Assembly (NCBI GenBank): GCA_030141605.1
Contig: JAQGDQ010000392.1
Span: 62,001-126,000 of the forward strand
Direction of reading: 5' to 3'
Origin: Tubiluchus corallicola
Taxonomy: Eukaryota; Animalia; Priapulida
Length of the DNA stretch: 64,000 bases
The notes below the pieces were generated by a model. That model was given only the letters and a program-made list of their open reading frames with translations. It ran no database searches and was not told where the DNA came from. Shown here piece by piece: positions 39,931-61,350 of the stretch. Position 1 is the stretch's first letter; every line of letters begins with the position of its first letter. The position numbers and the translations under genes are program-made.

Positions 39931-41149
39931 ATTGTGCTGTTGACAGGATGTAAAAAACTGACGAAACCAGCATAAAAGTACTACTCCATGTGTACGTAAT
40001 GTGTGATGCATTATCCTTTATGCGTATACAACAGTTTGTATTTAGGTATGTGGTAATGTTTCTATGTGGACACAATGTGCAGTCATAGTGCATGATCCGC
40101 ATCACTAGAATATAATCCTTACCCTTGCTATCATCCATGGCCCACTGAGGTAGACAAAACCTTCATATTGATCATGGCCATATGATCTTACTGCTGTTTA
40201 CTTTTACTCATATTTTGCTCGTGCATATATATATATTTATTTTTGTGCCTAATAAATCATAAAATGAATAAATTAATAAAACAACGTGTTCTCTGTCATC
40301 CAAATATGCTCACGAGAAGCCGCCGTTAGGTAAAAAATAGGTGATTTAGCACATTTTTCAAGTTTTCCAGTGACGATTCTTATTGATTGAAAATTTTGGT
40401 TAGGTGAGCTTTGGTCACTTCAGGACCAATGCACAATTATAGTTCTTCCATTTGACTTTTTGAAAGCTGCAAGAAGTGTACAATTATGTGTTATGCATCC
40501 AGTTACAGTTTTTTTCACTAAATAATAATACGTGCCATATTATTCTCTCTACTGCTAAATGTTGTGCATCCACACCTGTTATTCTTCTGCCATCTAATAG
40601 TACACTAATAAGCTAATGCCACCTCTGTAATTATTACGCTGAAATTTCGACAGAGGCGTGGCTTTTAAAAATTCCTTACGTGTATTTTCCAGAACAGGCA
40701 ACCGAAAATGGCGAAAAAACCGGCATAAGCTTTGTTAGTATGCATAAGTGTTCATGGACGCAGTCTATTTGCATCATGCATTATGGATTACAGATCATGC
40801 ATTACGCACATGTAGTATGAATACCAGAAGATTATAATTTATGCAACATCCTTTTAAAGGATACAAATTCATATGCTTTACAAAAATCAAGATAAATTGT
40901 GACAGTACCCATAACATAGTATTTATCAAAAATTTAATCTATTCATTAGTAAAAGAAAGCAAATGAGAAAAACTGAACAACTAGGTAACAAATCATGTTG
41001 AAAACCACAAAACATCGGGTCAAATAGGTTTTCTAAAATGTTTACGTCAGCTGTGAGTGATGTAGGGCCTCACAATCATTTTGTGGTGTTAACGACCTTT
41101 GGAAGAGGGGTGACGTTTGTTCTATCTAAGAAGACGGGAGTTTACCGAA

Positions 41150-41880
41150 ATCTAATGATCTTCTAAATATAAAATATAGTGGTAATGTAAACTGTGATGC
41201 ACACTGGTTTAAAATAAGCCCATGAGTGCCATCCGGACCATGAGATTTACAAAGTTTTAAAGCCCCAAGTACAATTTCAATATCACTAACAAAAATAGAC
41301 ACAATTTCAGTGCCGGTCTTGCATGTAATGGTGTAGGCAATTCAACATCTTCTGATCTTCAATAAAAACTGAGGTGAAATGGTCATTTATACAATTGGAA
41401 ATAGAAAATACCTTTGTAATTAAACAACCAGAAGCATTTCGAATATGGGAAATATGGGCTTCACAGCAAAGAAACTTTTTAGCATATTGAAAAAAATTCT
41501 TGCTGTTTCCAGCAGTAGCAATATCATTAACTAGCCTATGTTCATAATTCACCCTAGCACTGCTAAAAGTATTATTCGAAGAATTAGCAGTGTGTTGACT
41601 AACATCATAATCACAATTTAAGCCTAATTACTTTTGCCATAAACGACTCCTTTCCTTTTTTAATCTCTGAACGTTAGTATCTTTTTCTCATGTATTTGAA
41701 GATTTAGAATATCTAACTGAAACAACAGGTAAGTACTGTGTCTTGAGATAGTATATCGATAGCAAGAAAGAAAGATATCCCAGCATTCAATCACATGTTT
41801 GTCTTTGAATAAACCATACCAAAGTATCAGATCGAGATAATGTCTTCTACGATTGATGTCAGGAAAAATTTAAAGCTGGC
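41150..41880 (-). mobile_element. Degenerate CR1/L2 LINE ORF2 fragment (between endonuclease and RT)
   Basis: YEHRLVND...NSKNFFQYAK...INDHFTSVF is followed by KSHGPDG, which is typical of this ORF2 region. Confidence 0.75.
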
Positions 41881-42239
41881 TCATTTTTAGGTAACTAACT
41901 TACCAGTGCCAAATTATACGAAGGTACAATGGTGAGGCCTAACTTGCGTAATACTTCCTAAACAATTAACCAGTGCAAAATCAAGTATATTCTTTTGATG
42001 AGTAGGGAAATTTTACATGTAGAATTAACAAATAGTTTACAAAATCAAAAAAATACTAAGGCTTTATAAGGGATGCATAGTCAGGACTTGAACAATTAAT
42101 GCAAGGAAAATTGAAGTACCAATTGAAAATTGAACGTAAATTGGTAACATGTTGCATAAACATTTAAGAACATCAGTCTAGAAATACCAAAAATATCGAT
42201 ATAATTTGCAGAAGGTCTATCAGCACAAACAGTCATTAA

Positions 42240-42505
42240 GGACGTATAGTCTAGTGGTAATGCGTCCGCTTTCTGCCTAGGAGGTCGAGAGTTCGACACT
42301 GTGGCCGAGTCATATCAAAGACTTTAAAAATAATATCTGCTGTTGTCTGGCACGTGGCATTTAGGGTAAAATCGGAGTAATAATAGTCCCTGTTATGTAG
42401 TTGTAGGGTTGTTATTTACAGTTGGCAAAAAGCTCGGGAGCTTATGTTAATTGCTTATCTAAAAGCCGACTTTAAATAAAGATTGTTATTATATATATTT
42501 ATATA
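42240..42505 (+). mobile_element. tRNA-derived SINE
   Basis: A box TAGTCTAGTGG, B box GAGTTCGACAC, body GGCCGAGTCATATCAAAGACTTTAAAAA, and an AATAAA plus AT-rich tail. No acceptor stem can form. Confidence 0.8.
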
Positions 42506-43640
42506 AAGAAAAATTAGGGGTTCTTCAAGTTCGTTTGTGATCGGTAGTAGTTAATCTTTACAATTTATTAGTCTTGGACAAATGTTCTCTTGTTGTACTA
42601 GCTTATATTATAGCCAGATTGAGATCCATTTGTCGTTTTACATAATGCAAATCAGTTCAATTTATTTACGCAATTTTAACAAAAAAACCATGGTTATAAT
42701 ATTAATTTATTTTTTGCCTTCAGAATAACAATCATAGATAGTATATAACAATGAGTTACAAAGTTTAGAGAAGGACGGGATGGCGAAAGACCAAAGGGTC
42801 ATCACATAGTCTGCCATCCCTATTGTTGACTTTAAAATCTTTTTCTTCAGTAAATAATTTGATAAGAACCAGTCAAATGTCCGTTTCTGTCATAGACTTT
42901 AAAACATTTTGTGCCCATTTTTGTAGGGTGTCATTTGAAATCCCGGTCGGGATTTGAAATCACTTTTGAAGCAAGAACAAAATGCTTATACTAAGCAGCA
43001 CTAATTTTCTTTGGCTTTTGGCATGTTATTTGTGTAAGCAACAGTAGTCTTGCAAATTATTATGACTAAGAAAAAGAAAAGAAGAAGCAATAACTCACTC
43101 AAAGTTTGTTCTACTTACACTTACAAATTCTTGAATCTGATTTATGGAAATCTCCACCTTTTTTGTAAAATTGATACATGTCCAACAAAACATTCCATCT
43201 ATCATTACGAGTTTTAGCCTTTTGTGTCTCTGATGGTAAGGTTTATAGAAAACTACTAAGGTGATGCTACTATGTAATAGTGTACCATACGGGTGGGTTG
43301 TTTATGTGTTTAATTAAAACTTTTTTAAAATTCACAAAAGATTTTTAGGTGAGCTATGATGGACGTCTGTATATGCAAGATTGAGTTAGTAGAACTCATA
43401 ATACTTCATATCTCAGCAGTGTCAAAAGCACTGTTTGGTAAAAAGTCTTTGTCTTAGGCTAAGTGAAACTAAATGACACATTGTGCATGCGATCCAAATA
43501 AAAAGCTCCTCGTAGTTTTAATCATTTAAGTTATAAATTGGAAGTTATGATAATTATATTTCTTCTGGTTTTTTGTGTTATTCTGCTAATATACATTTCC
43601 GTTTTGAAATTTTCTACGTAGGTTTGATTAAGTTACTACA

Positions 43641-51075
<7,435 letters not shown>

Positions 51076-51920
51076 GATGCGTTTTAACGTTGTTTTCTTG
51101 TGAGCTATTTACGCTAAACGGCTTGTTTCACTTAAACCAACAACCTAGCTTTATTTGCTGTGTTATACAGTATGTAGATAAGTATCTTCTCCACTACCAA
51201 CTTCAACCTTTCTTAGCACTACTAGTTTTTTTTTTGTAGATGTTCTCATAGGACGCCAGGGATTATTTTTCTGTATTTATAAGTTCACGAATTAAATTTT
51301 TGGTGATTGAAATAGTAATCTATTGATCTTCTATGCATGTATGTCATAAAATGCAATTTTCTAAATTCCAATGTTTTACAAAATCATTTCACTGTTTGTC
51401 ATAAGCTAATTACTGGTGACAAAGACTAGTGTATTGTTTACAAGATGCAAACACGGCAATTTAAAAATCTTAAAAAAATGACTAATTTACTTTTTCATGG
51501 GGACTGAATGTGAAAATTTGATCAAGTTAGTAGAAACTCAAGTTTACTATGGATAATGGCCACTAAAGCAAACACTGGTATCATATCTTTCACAAAGGCA
51601 TTGAGCATTCTTCCTCCTGTATATTAGGATTTTGATCAAGTATGACAGTATTAACACGTAGTAGTCAGAATTGCATTCTATAGACAAATTTGTGTGAGCT
51701 TTTTGAACAGTATTTTTGCACTCTGTTTGCACCCAGAAAATAACAGAACTGCTCCAATCAGAATTTCTTGCGTGTACTAATTGGCAAAACCCAACTGCAA
51801 AGACACTGTGTAACTGTGTATGTAATTTATTTTAATTTCTTTTACAAAACGCAAAAAGCATTTTTTACTTGTATAATGGACAAGTCAGAGTAGTGATGTT
51901 AAGTAGTCATTTGGGTATTA

Positions 51921-52106
51921 CAGTCAAACCTCGTTATAACCGCGTCCCTTTATAAATCCAACCTCGCTAAATGCCAAAATGTTTGGCAAAATAAAATGTG
52001 TATATTTGTACGAACATTGGGTATTAATATACGTCATGTTGCCGAAACTCGCTTAATGCAAACTTTTTTGCAGTCCCAAAGTAAGCGGTATTAATAGGTT
52101 TGACTG
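51921..52106. mobile_element. Tc1/mariner-pogo (Tigger-like) MITE, 186 bp
   Basis: TA|CAGTCAAACCT ... AGGTTTGACTG|TA: a perfect 11-bp TIR with a TA TSD. Confidence 0.88.
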
Positions 52107-53773
52107 TACCAGAGGATTAGAATACTTTCATTGTACTGCAGATACTACTAGAGAAATCCTTTATGCTAAAATATGACACTTTCTGTCCATTTTCCATCTG
52201 GGCTTCTCAATAATAGTTTAACTGAGTACGTGATCCAATAAGACAATGGCACAAATCATTCAGTGAATGCAAAACTGCAAGAGATCTGCTGAAAGTCCAA
52301 CGAAACTTGTGCACTTCCTATGAGAAGCCGTGCTTTCCACAGGAGCAACAATTCAAATTAGAACGTTTCTACACATTCAGCTTTTAGCTAAAAACCAAGT
52401 ATTTGTAACAACTCAAATATGTTATTATACAGCAATTTTTTTCTGTGGTGTAGCACACGAGGGATTTTGAATTTTCTACAGATTTTTGTTTATTTAAGTA
52501 CTGTAGTATTCCAAAATTACTAGTTATGAAATTTTTTTATTGATCTTAGGCTCAATATTAGATATTAATATCTAATATAGATATTAGATCTACAGGCTTG
52601 AAATTAGTAAGACTTTAATTTGGAAACTAAAAGTAAAAATATCTAACGAACTGTGAAAGATCATGTAAGCATATGGATACACAGATTGGCAAGAAATACT
52701 AATAAAACTACTGTTGTAAATCACATACTTTACTCTTTTCATAAAACAGGTTGTTTATACATTAGGTTATTTTGCCTCGTACTTTCTCATGACTTGTATT
52801 ATACTATATAGGTATTATTTACTGTTGTCACCATTTGCAAGTTATATTGCTAGCTAAAATGTGATAAGAGCATTTCATAAATGCTAGCATGTCATAGAAC
52901 ATAAATGTGCCATACTGCAACCATAGTCTAACGAATGTTACCACTGTTTGTCATTACTATTATTGTTTGTCTTAAACTTGTATTAAGATTCTAGGTTAGA
53001 GTTTTTCTTGTTACAAATCATGGTATTGCAGCATGGATATTTAGTAAAGTCAAAGAATTTAAGTTATGTAAAATACTTAATATAAGTGACAGAATATGTT
53101 GGTGTTATTATTGTATAGCACATTTTTTTACGTAATTCAACAAGGCACTTTGTCAAAATGGTGTTTCTTAATTGAATCGATTTTCTTACATCTTGAATAC
53201 TAATAAGCTTTGTACATGTAATAAGAAATAATGAACATCAGAGTCCCACTTACGTCATAAATACTGCAGGTACTTCGCGTGCAATTTCTATAGCTGAGTT
53301 AAATGTCAAAAAACCCACATTAGTAAATTAATGTTGCAGAGTTAAACTAAGAAAATGAAAAAACATACGGTAATACGTCACTTATGTTGATGTATTATAC
53401 ATTGAATGGTTTACGTATAACAAGTCTACCACTGCAATTCCATTTATTTTTTATGATGCAGAAAAAAACTAAGATCACATTTATTTAATCAAACCGGGTT
53501 TAATGAATGTTTGGTAAACAGCACAGATTCACTGTTATAAATGTTGCACTACTACTTTTTTAGCCAATGTGACTAATCTTTAATGAAACATGTACATTTG
53601 TAAATATCACGTCATAAATCACAAGTATATAGAAAACACTCCTGTTATTCAACTATACAGTACATCTAAATAATCCAAAGTTCAACACACTACTTTCATG
53701 ACAGACTAGACTACACAACTAAACCTGAGCAACATTTGAAGATACCCGCCCATCGCTCATCTGAACAGCTGAC

Positions 53774-56700
53774 CTACACCGATTTAGCCATGTTGCTGTT
53801 GTTTAAAATCTCAATCCAGTAGCCATCAGGATCCTGAATGAAGGCAAGGCCTCGCATTTTTCCTAAAAAAGTACAAATGAAATTGAGCAGAAAAGCTAAG
53901 GTTACATTACAAAATTTAACTTGTCAGGACCTCGCATTGGAAACGACATTTAGCCAATATATAAAAGTTAAGTTACAACATTGTAACACTAAAATGGGTG
54001 ACACCCTTCAGGTTATTCCAAGAAATATCCATCGTTAGAGCATAACAGAAATGGTCTGATTATGTGAGAGGTCCAGGGTTGTCTTCTTGAAAAGACCAAG
54101 GAAAATTTTGCTAAAAGGATACACAACCGTCTCAGAAAAACAATTTTTGCAAATATTTGGGGTGTCTGGGAAATATATGCATACATTTCCAGACCTAAAC
54201 AGATGTGGTCTATAAGGCAAAAAAAGATTCATTTAAAAAAGCCTGCAAAGAAAAATTGGAATGGTGTTCAGAATTCCAATTCTGTCATTTAGCACTAAGA
54301 AACTGTAGAATCTATGCATGAGGCTCTAGACCATTATTTCTCCATTGGCCATTTTTTCAATGTTAAGAATGTACTACACACGCAGTTGCTGTATTATTGA
54401 TCATTGCCCAACAGATAAAGAGAATTTGTTTACTGTGACAACAAGTTTTGCATTGTTCTAACTGAAAGTAAAACAGCTTCGTGGGCAATGCTAGTAATTA
54501 AAGTCAAAACAAGACTAAGCTGTAAAATAATCAACACAAAATGGTTTCGCATATACACCACGTAATTTTTGCAAAATGATCAAAATTATCATAGTATTTA
54601 CAAAAAGTAGCACAGAATTTAAGAAACTTACCACCATCAGGTGTTTTGATGAACTTGACTCCAAGTTTCTCAAATCTTTCACAAGCTTTGTACACATCTG
54701 GAACACAAATGCCTATGTGCCCTGCAATGGAAATTTCACAATATTCGTTTGTGAAATATACTTTTAAATCAAAATGGTTTAATTAAACTCGAAATGTTAT
54801 ACATGTTAATGGTATCACAACCATATAGAGTATAGCAGCTGATAATAACATAAAATGGTTAAGATCAGCCTTGGATTTAAGGCAGAAAGATACATGTAAA
54901 CAGAACTGGAGTAATGAATTCAATACCAATCGATTATGTTGCATCTATAGTGCTGAACTATCTATAGAACTATAAAGATTAAATTAAACTATATTGAATT
55001 ACACCAAGAAAGCAAGTCTTTCTCTTCCTAAGTTTAGATGTGGCTACTGATAAATTTAAATTTGACGAAGTCGAATATTAATAGGAGGATATGTAATCTG
55101 TGTAACATGCAAGAGCAGGCAATGAATTCCACTTTGTGTGCTTGTACTACTAACTTGCCACGCAAGTGTATATTAAAGCATACTATTGCAGGCGGTCTAA
55201 TATTTCAAAGTATGAACAGCTTTTTTCAATTAGTAAACCAAAGGTATCAAACAATATGGCAAAGTTTGATAGTGTTATAATGTCTGAGCTTAACCAGGTT
55301 CCTGTAACTTATTCTGCACTGCACAAGTTATATTGTTCCTACTTAATGTTCACCATACTGTTGTAAAAAAGTCTTGCACACAATTGTTGTAATGTCTCCT
55401 CTGCCCAAAAGGGTAATAGAGATTTGAAATTTGAATTTGTTTAACTTTCGAAATAGCTGACAGTAACACTAGCAAACAGCTGCAAAACTTGGGCTGCAGT
55501 CACGACTGCTGATCAGAAGAATTCTAAACTATGTTTCAAAGGATATGCAAAAGAAGCTATCATCAGCTAGCTGCACACTTCCTTGCTTGAAAGACTCAGA
55601 TTTACTAGAAAAGAAAGTTCTTAGTACTGCATGTTGAATAGTCCATGAACGAAGTGCAAGAAGTTCACAATGAATAGGTCTTTCATGATTTTAAAATGCT
55701 TCAACAGATCAGAAAATCAAATTATTGAACTTATTTATATAACAATGTGATATAATTTTTCAAATACACCCCCAGTGACCTGTACCTGTACACTATCACT
55801 TTTTTGATTATCTTTTACAAAATGTTTTAACTGAATTCTTTATTATTAACTATAGTTAGCAGTGGTGTTTAAATTTTCAAGTCTGATACAAAGCTTACTG
55901 TAATTCGAAGTTTAAGTACAATAAGATTACACGTGTGCAGAAACAAAAGATACAATATGTAAGTAAAAGTTCACTAAACCTGGCTTTTTAACATGGAGAT
56001 TGTGGAGTGGCAGTACATGATTCAATATCATGACCCATAAAGACTGAAATGTCCATAGGAAAATTTATTGAACTGAATGAGTTATAGATTTCTAGATAGC
56101 CCTTGGTGAAGTCTTTTTCATGGTGCTTTAGCTCAAGAAACCTTTTCAAGATTCAAAAGAATCAAATGAATGCGCCAATCACGAGAACAAGCACTGCAGA
56201 ATCATTGCTCTAAAGCAACATCCACTTTCCAAGAAAAATACTGTTGGTATGAATTCATAGCCAGGAGCCCGGTCGTATAATGTTTAAAAAATAGTAACCT
56301 ACAGTTTCTCTGCCAAGCGTGCACCATTTATGATGAAAAAAGCAAAAGACATGACAAAATTTAGATTTTCGAAAGTCACAGATGGAAATGTAATCGTGAG
56401 CTTTCAACACATTCGATGGATTACCCATTATTACTACACAATCTACATTATTAACAGTGGTTAATAAAAGTACAGAAGATTAGTCCTTTGGGACTAAATC
56501 AGCCTGGCAGTTCTTGTAACTGCCTCCAGTGATATTCCTGTCACCACTTTGGTTTCTAGGAAACAATCGCGCCATATAAAAGATGAAAGGCAACAGGATA
56601 GCGTATCGAGCAACATAGCACACAACGTCAATCTTAAGTAAAGCATTAATAAATACAAATAAAAAACTTACCATAGCCTTTTGGCTCAGTATTCCCATTA

Positions 56701-59700
56701 TGATAACCTTTAAATTCTGGATCGTTTTCAGTACCATGATTGCTGGAATTCATTTTTTTTCCAAATAAGTAATGGAACACCACTGTTAATATTTAAGTTT
56801 AAAATAAGCAAAAGAGACAAAATGAACTCAACTACTGAACTAAGAATACAATGTAAGTTTTAATAAAAAACCAAATTTATGTTTTTTGGCTTTTAAGAAA
56901 TATCAACTTATGTTAAAAAAAATTATTGCCCTTTTTTCTTAAAGAAAAGTACAGAATAATCAATAACAAAAGTAAGTTCTAACACACACTCGTTTATGCA
57001 CTTAGTGTTATCTAACGGCAGTGTGTTAACAAGATACTTTTCAGGTATAAAGTGTTGCATGTGGCGTTTTATCAGTAGCTCATTGTATATCTTACACTTT
57101 GTATTTTCTTTAGTATTTTTGCTACTGCCGCTTCAGTGACCGACTTTCGTGGCTGGTCCCAAAATATGGCACTTATAACGATGCTCCCATTTTCTAACTT
57201 ATTAATTATGTAAACAGCTGTTTACAAATACATCTGTATAGAGTCCTAGCTTGCATACTAACTGTGTCAATTCCAGGCAGCCTCTCCTTGAAAACATCCA
57301 GGCTTTGCGGGCTACAGGATCTTTTGGAATTTCAGCATCATCTTCATAACCCATAAAGAACAAAGAAAATTTCATATCTGGAAAGTCCAATTTCTGGAGA
57401 AGTCTATAAAAACATATCCCAACATAAGAATTTGCACAAAAATAACTCATCACACATACCAGTAATTTGGTATGTCTGTATAAAGGGGTCATGCAATTAG
57501 ACGCAGTTAGACACAACACTACTAGTTTTATGTATAGACTGTATATCACTGTTCCGTAAGTCAATGACCAATGCAACAATAATAACTATAAAAATGTTCA
57601 AGAAAAATTACGAGGCTGTTACAGGGAATAAAAATTGAGCAATGCCACAAGAAAATTAAAAAAATTCCTTTTTGTGATGTAAGAAATTATAGCAGACAGC
57701 AACACCATCTTCCAGCGCTCAAACAAAAAGTCTAAATGTATTTACTAAGCTAACCATTTCAGCAGAACTGGAAAATAAATCTCATTATCAAACATGAGAT
57801 AAACAGCCAGAGGCAATGCGGCAGACAAAACCTCCCTGAAACAAATGTCCTGGCAGCCACACATCCATTTGCTAACCAGTTGCAGTGTTATTCAAATTTG
57901 GTACCAACAACACACTGTGACTACTCAGGTATGCCTCACCAGCTGCATAAAAGCACTGACAGTATGGTAAGTGTTCCAAAAGTAAACTTTAAAAGGGTAA
58001 AAAAGAAGAACACACAGTTTTTAAAAACAGTTTGACTGTGTCAAAAACTGTGGTAAGATTCCACTTCTGCTATAGGACATGCTTTATGTGACAGGTTTTG
58101 TTTTCAAATAACAGCATTTTTCAAAATAGTTAACATCACATATGTTGTGCCCAACATTAAAAGTTTTAGTTAAATTGGAATAATTCAATTTTTCACTAGT
58201 AGCCATAACTCAAGGCTCTGAAATGCATAACATTGCCTCTGTTGACAGTTTGATTACATAGGAATTGCATTTTGTTTTAGTAAAATCAAAATAATAGTTT
58301 TTTGACAGGTGACCAGTCACCAATCTAATTATTAACTAAGGATAGTGTTGTTTTCTTTGCAACCAAGCACACAATGTGACCACACAGGTATTACAAACTG
58401 GAAGTTTCACAAAGTTGCAAAATGATAATTAAAGTTACTATCAATAGCATTTCAACATTAGCACAATTAAATTAATACTAAAGAAATAAAAAATGAAAAT
58501 GCAAATTAATATAATTTTAAAGAAACAAGCAAAACCTGACAGATGGATTTTGCATAATGTCCAAACAGTGTGAACCGGAAAAGGATATAAAAAGGCGAGA
58601 CAGTGAAGGTGAAAGCTTTAAGTGGGAGTTGAACCCACAACGTTTACATGTAAAATAAGCGCTCTAACCCGCTAAGCCATTGGTTTTTGCATTAATTTTT
58701 CCCATCTACCAATGTAGTTTAATGTGTAGACAATGTAACGCAAGACTATAATCAGCATCTACCAAAATCAGCAAAACTTATACCATTAATTCACCTCATC
58801 GAGGCCTTTCGTTTGATATATTACATGCTACTGTTACTCAACACTGAAAGCATTGGTGTTCCAGACCACCTTGATTTTCCTCCCTATCGAAAAATTCTCT
58901 GTGACTTTTGACTCGAGGGTTACGGGTCATATATAAGCATAAATCCCCCTGCCTGGGGAGTGTGCCTGTGAGTTTCATGACCACAGCCCTCTGTGTGTGT
59001 AAGTTATTACAGAAACAAAAGGAAGTAACACCAGGGGTAAATGAAGAACAGTCTGCTGTAAGCAGAATCTTAAATAATAAGTTGGGTCTTAGTTACAACA
59101 AGTGTGTGGGAAAATAATGTTACTGTATTTGATTTACTAGAGCTAAGGGGAGACAAAATGAGCGAAAAAGAAACATTGGCAATTTGCATCAACAAATTTA
59201 TGCTGTACCTAGTTAATCTCATCTTTACCTCATTCCAAGAATCCGCGTATAAAAGTCGAGTGAAACTTTTGGGTCTTTTATCCTGTACATTGTTTGTTGA
59301 AAAATAAAATCCTGAAAGTGAATTTATGATATAATTACATTCTACAAGACTCACACTTTTAACTAGCTGTCTAAAATAATGTATAGCCAAAAATAGGGTG
59401 GTGTTAAACATTTTTCACTAAAATCTACATTGCTCAGGTAGCAGTTTTATATTGGTGAAGTTCATTTGTAATTGTACACTTTGCATGGGAATCTATAGTA
59501 TTAGATCATAACCGTGGCATTAAAGCACAGAAAACTCGTCACTAACATAAAGCTTAAAAAATTCGTCTTGAAATTTTATACCACTTATATATATATACTG
59601 CCTTTTTGCATGCAGGGTTTGCGTCGGCAATAACGCTGTATAAAACTTGTAAATTTAAACTCCCGCAATTAAAGTTACAGCACAGCCATTTTAATGGTAG

Positions 59701-61270
59701 GTCGTTTGAAACAAGTTTCGGGTAGAAAATACCTCAATCTTAATGACATAAATTTAGTGACTGACTTCTTGGTCGTTCGCTGCCTTCATAAACACGAAAA
59801 TTTACAGTAAGTCTGTCAGTTGTGCAAAAAACACAAAATTCTTCAAATTAACGAGACAAAGTTTCAAGCTAAGCCTTGCTCGTCCTCCAAAAGGTAGCGT
59901 TTTTTATTTGCACTGGATGAAGTTTCAAGCTAACACGGCATTCACAAAGATGAGAGCACAGCCATGTGTTAGAGCTTTCTAAGCCTTCAATTTGATGAAA
60001 ACACATAATCACGAAGAAGTAGAAGACAGTCTTCCTTACATTCTGCCTTCATCACATTAAAGTTCAACTTTTCGTTTACTTCTAAATCCTAGTGCAGCTT
60101 AAGTTATTCCCCAAGCCACCAGGTTGCCCTGCAACACCACAGGTACAAATGATAGATCAATTTGTCCTATAAAAATTTATATTACTTTACGGTCGATAAA
60201 GTAATACAAACTTTATTTACAAAACAAAATATGCCATTCACTACCATAGCTATACCCCATCCTTTCTCCGACAGCTCGTAACTCTTTCCTTAAAGGCTTT
60301 ATGCCAGTGGTTCCCAAAGTAGGGGTAAATTACACCCCGGGGGTAATATGGTTTTTTTTGGGGGGGGTAACGGGCACCCCTCTGAAAATTTTTAAAACTT
60401 CGCTCGGAATGCATTTTACGTAGTTTTCTTCTTGAAGAGACTGCCTCCAGCAGGCAACACTGTGTCATGGGGTCCATCAAATTCCAGTAGCAGAACCTGG
60501 AAGAGTTCTGGATAGGAGAGATGGCCAGTTCACCAGTCCTTGCAGAACGGGCATTGAATATTCTCACGTGTTTTTCAACAACGTATCTGTGCGAACAAGG
60601 TTTTTCGTCCATAATGAACATGAAAACAAAGAAAAGAAATAGGTTGGACGTGGAAAGCGATGCACGCGTTGCTTTGAGCATGACGAAACCCAGGATTGAG
60701 AAACTGGCGTCCGAAAAACAGGCTCATCCGTCCGACTAACTGAGATTTTGTTGTTGTCATTCATTTCTTCTTGTTTTCGTTTGTTCGAGTAATAATTACT
60801 CGAACGAACCTGCTCACTCAGTAATGAGCAGGTTCAGTAATTGTAATTTTTGTTTTGGCAACAATACAACAACAACACCTGGAAATTTATTTATGTCACG
60901 AGCAAACATAAATAATTTTGCTTGCTTGTGGCATATATGTGTGTTTACTTTTTGAGTTGGAGAAGTAGTACTAGGTGGGGGATAATGGACACGACCGGGT
61001 TTCCCGATTTGGGTAATGGTCCGAGAAAGTTTGGGAACCACTGCTTTAAGCATAATTATCTCGATTAATTAATAATTATAGTCTATCTGTATTCTGGTGT
61101 AAATAAGGAGATAAATAAAAAATGTCCATGTCTATTCAAATTGTTTTTAACAGAATGTTGCTACCTTTGCTTCAAACTATCGATTTAAAAAAGTGAAGGT
61201 AGTTAAATACCTTCGTTGACGGATCTGGGTCAACACAAATTTTATCAACTTGTTCCCTGGAGAGCGCCAT
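53774..61270 (-). CDS. GLO1: Lactoylglutathione lyase (glyoxalase I), 6 coding exons, ~177 aa
   Basis: Exons 61270-61211 ([20 protein letters not shown]), 59311-59229 ([27 protein letters not shown]), 57403-57263, 56742-56672, 54721-54632 and 53862-53774 total 534 nt. The metal ligands in QQTM, LELTH, GHIG and WIEI are all present. Confidence 0.96.
54900..55440 (+). mobile_element. 3' end of a non-LTR retrotransposon (RTE-X/Tx1-like C-terminal zinc knuckle), decayed
   Basis: Across frameshifts it reads KFRCG...RRICNLCN...GNEFHFV...[19 protein letters not shown] and ends in a GATTTGAAATTTGAATTTG tail. Confidence 0.7.
58560..58685 (-). mobile_element. tRNA-derived SINE head
   Basis: The minus strand reads TGGCTTAGCGGGTTAGAGCG (A box) ... 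GGGTTCAACTCCC (B box). The cloverleaf is incomplete. Confidence 0.65.
60305..61043 (+). mobile_element. hAT Charlie/Buster-family deletion derivative (739 bp) in GLO1 intron 1
   Basis: Perfect 14-bp TIRs CAGTGGTTCCCAAA / TTTGGGAACCACTG; 8-bp TSD CTTTATGC / CTTTAAGC with a central TA. ORF 60521-60739 encodes the transposase C-terminal dimerisation region ([12 protein letters not shown]...[11 protein letters not shown]...QAHPS). Confidence 0.95.
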
Positions 61271-61279
61271 CGTGACTGT

Positions 61280-61350
61280 TATTTCGATTTCTCGCCACAA
61301 GATAACGCAGTTTCAGGTATTTTCGTGATCTCGCGCGATTTCTTTTTCGG
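61280..61350 (-). promoter_or_regulatory. GLO1 proximal promoter / 5' UTR, CpG patch
   Basis: TCTCGCGCGA (61329-61338) resembles the TCTCGCGAGA housekeeping-promoter palindrome, ~60 nt upstream of the ATG. A YY1-type CAAAATGGCG lies at 61531. Confidence 0.45.

Noticed and set aside
42240-42312. Functional tRNA gene (also 50501 and 58600-58685)
   Set aside because: A and B boxes are present, but there is no acceptor or anticodon stem pairing and the sequence runs into a SINE body.
55980-56630. Coding-like stretch in GLO1 intron 4 (e.g. FLELKHH..., tail of ORF 56480..56737) as an alternative GLO1 exon or nested gene
   Set aside because: The frames are short and interrupted, and I could not establish a consistent splice phase or any homology.
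60250-60764. Minus-strand ORFs of 143, 66 and 61 aa
   Set aside because: They are antisense shadows of the hAT transposase fragment.
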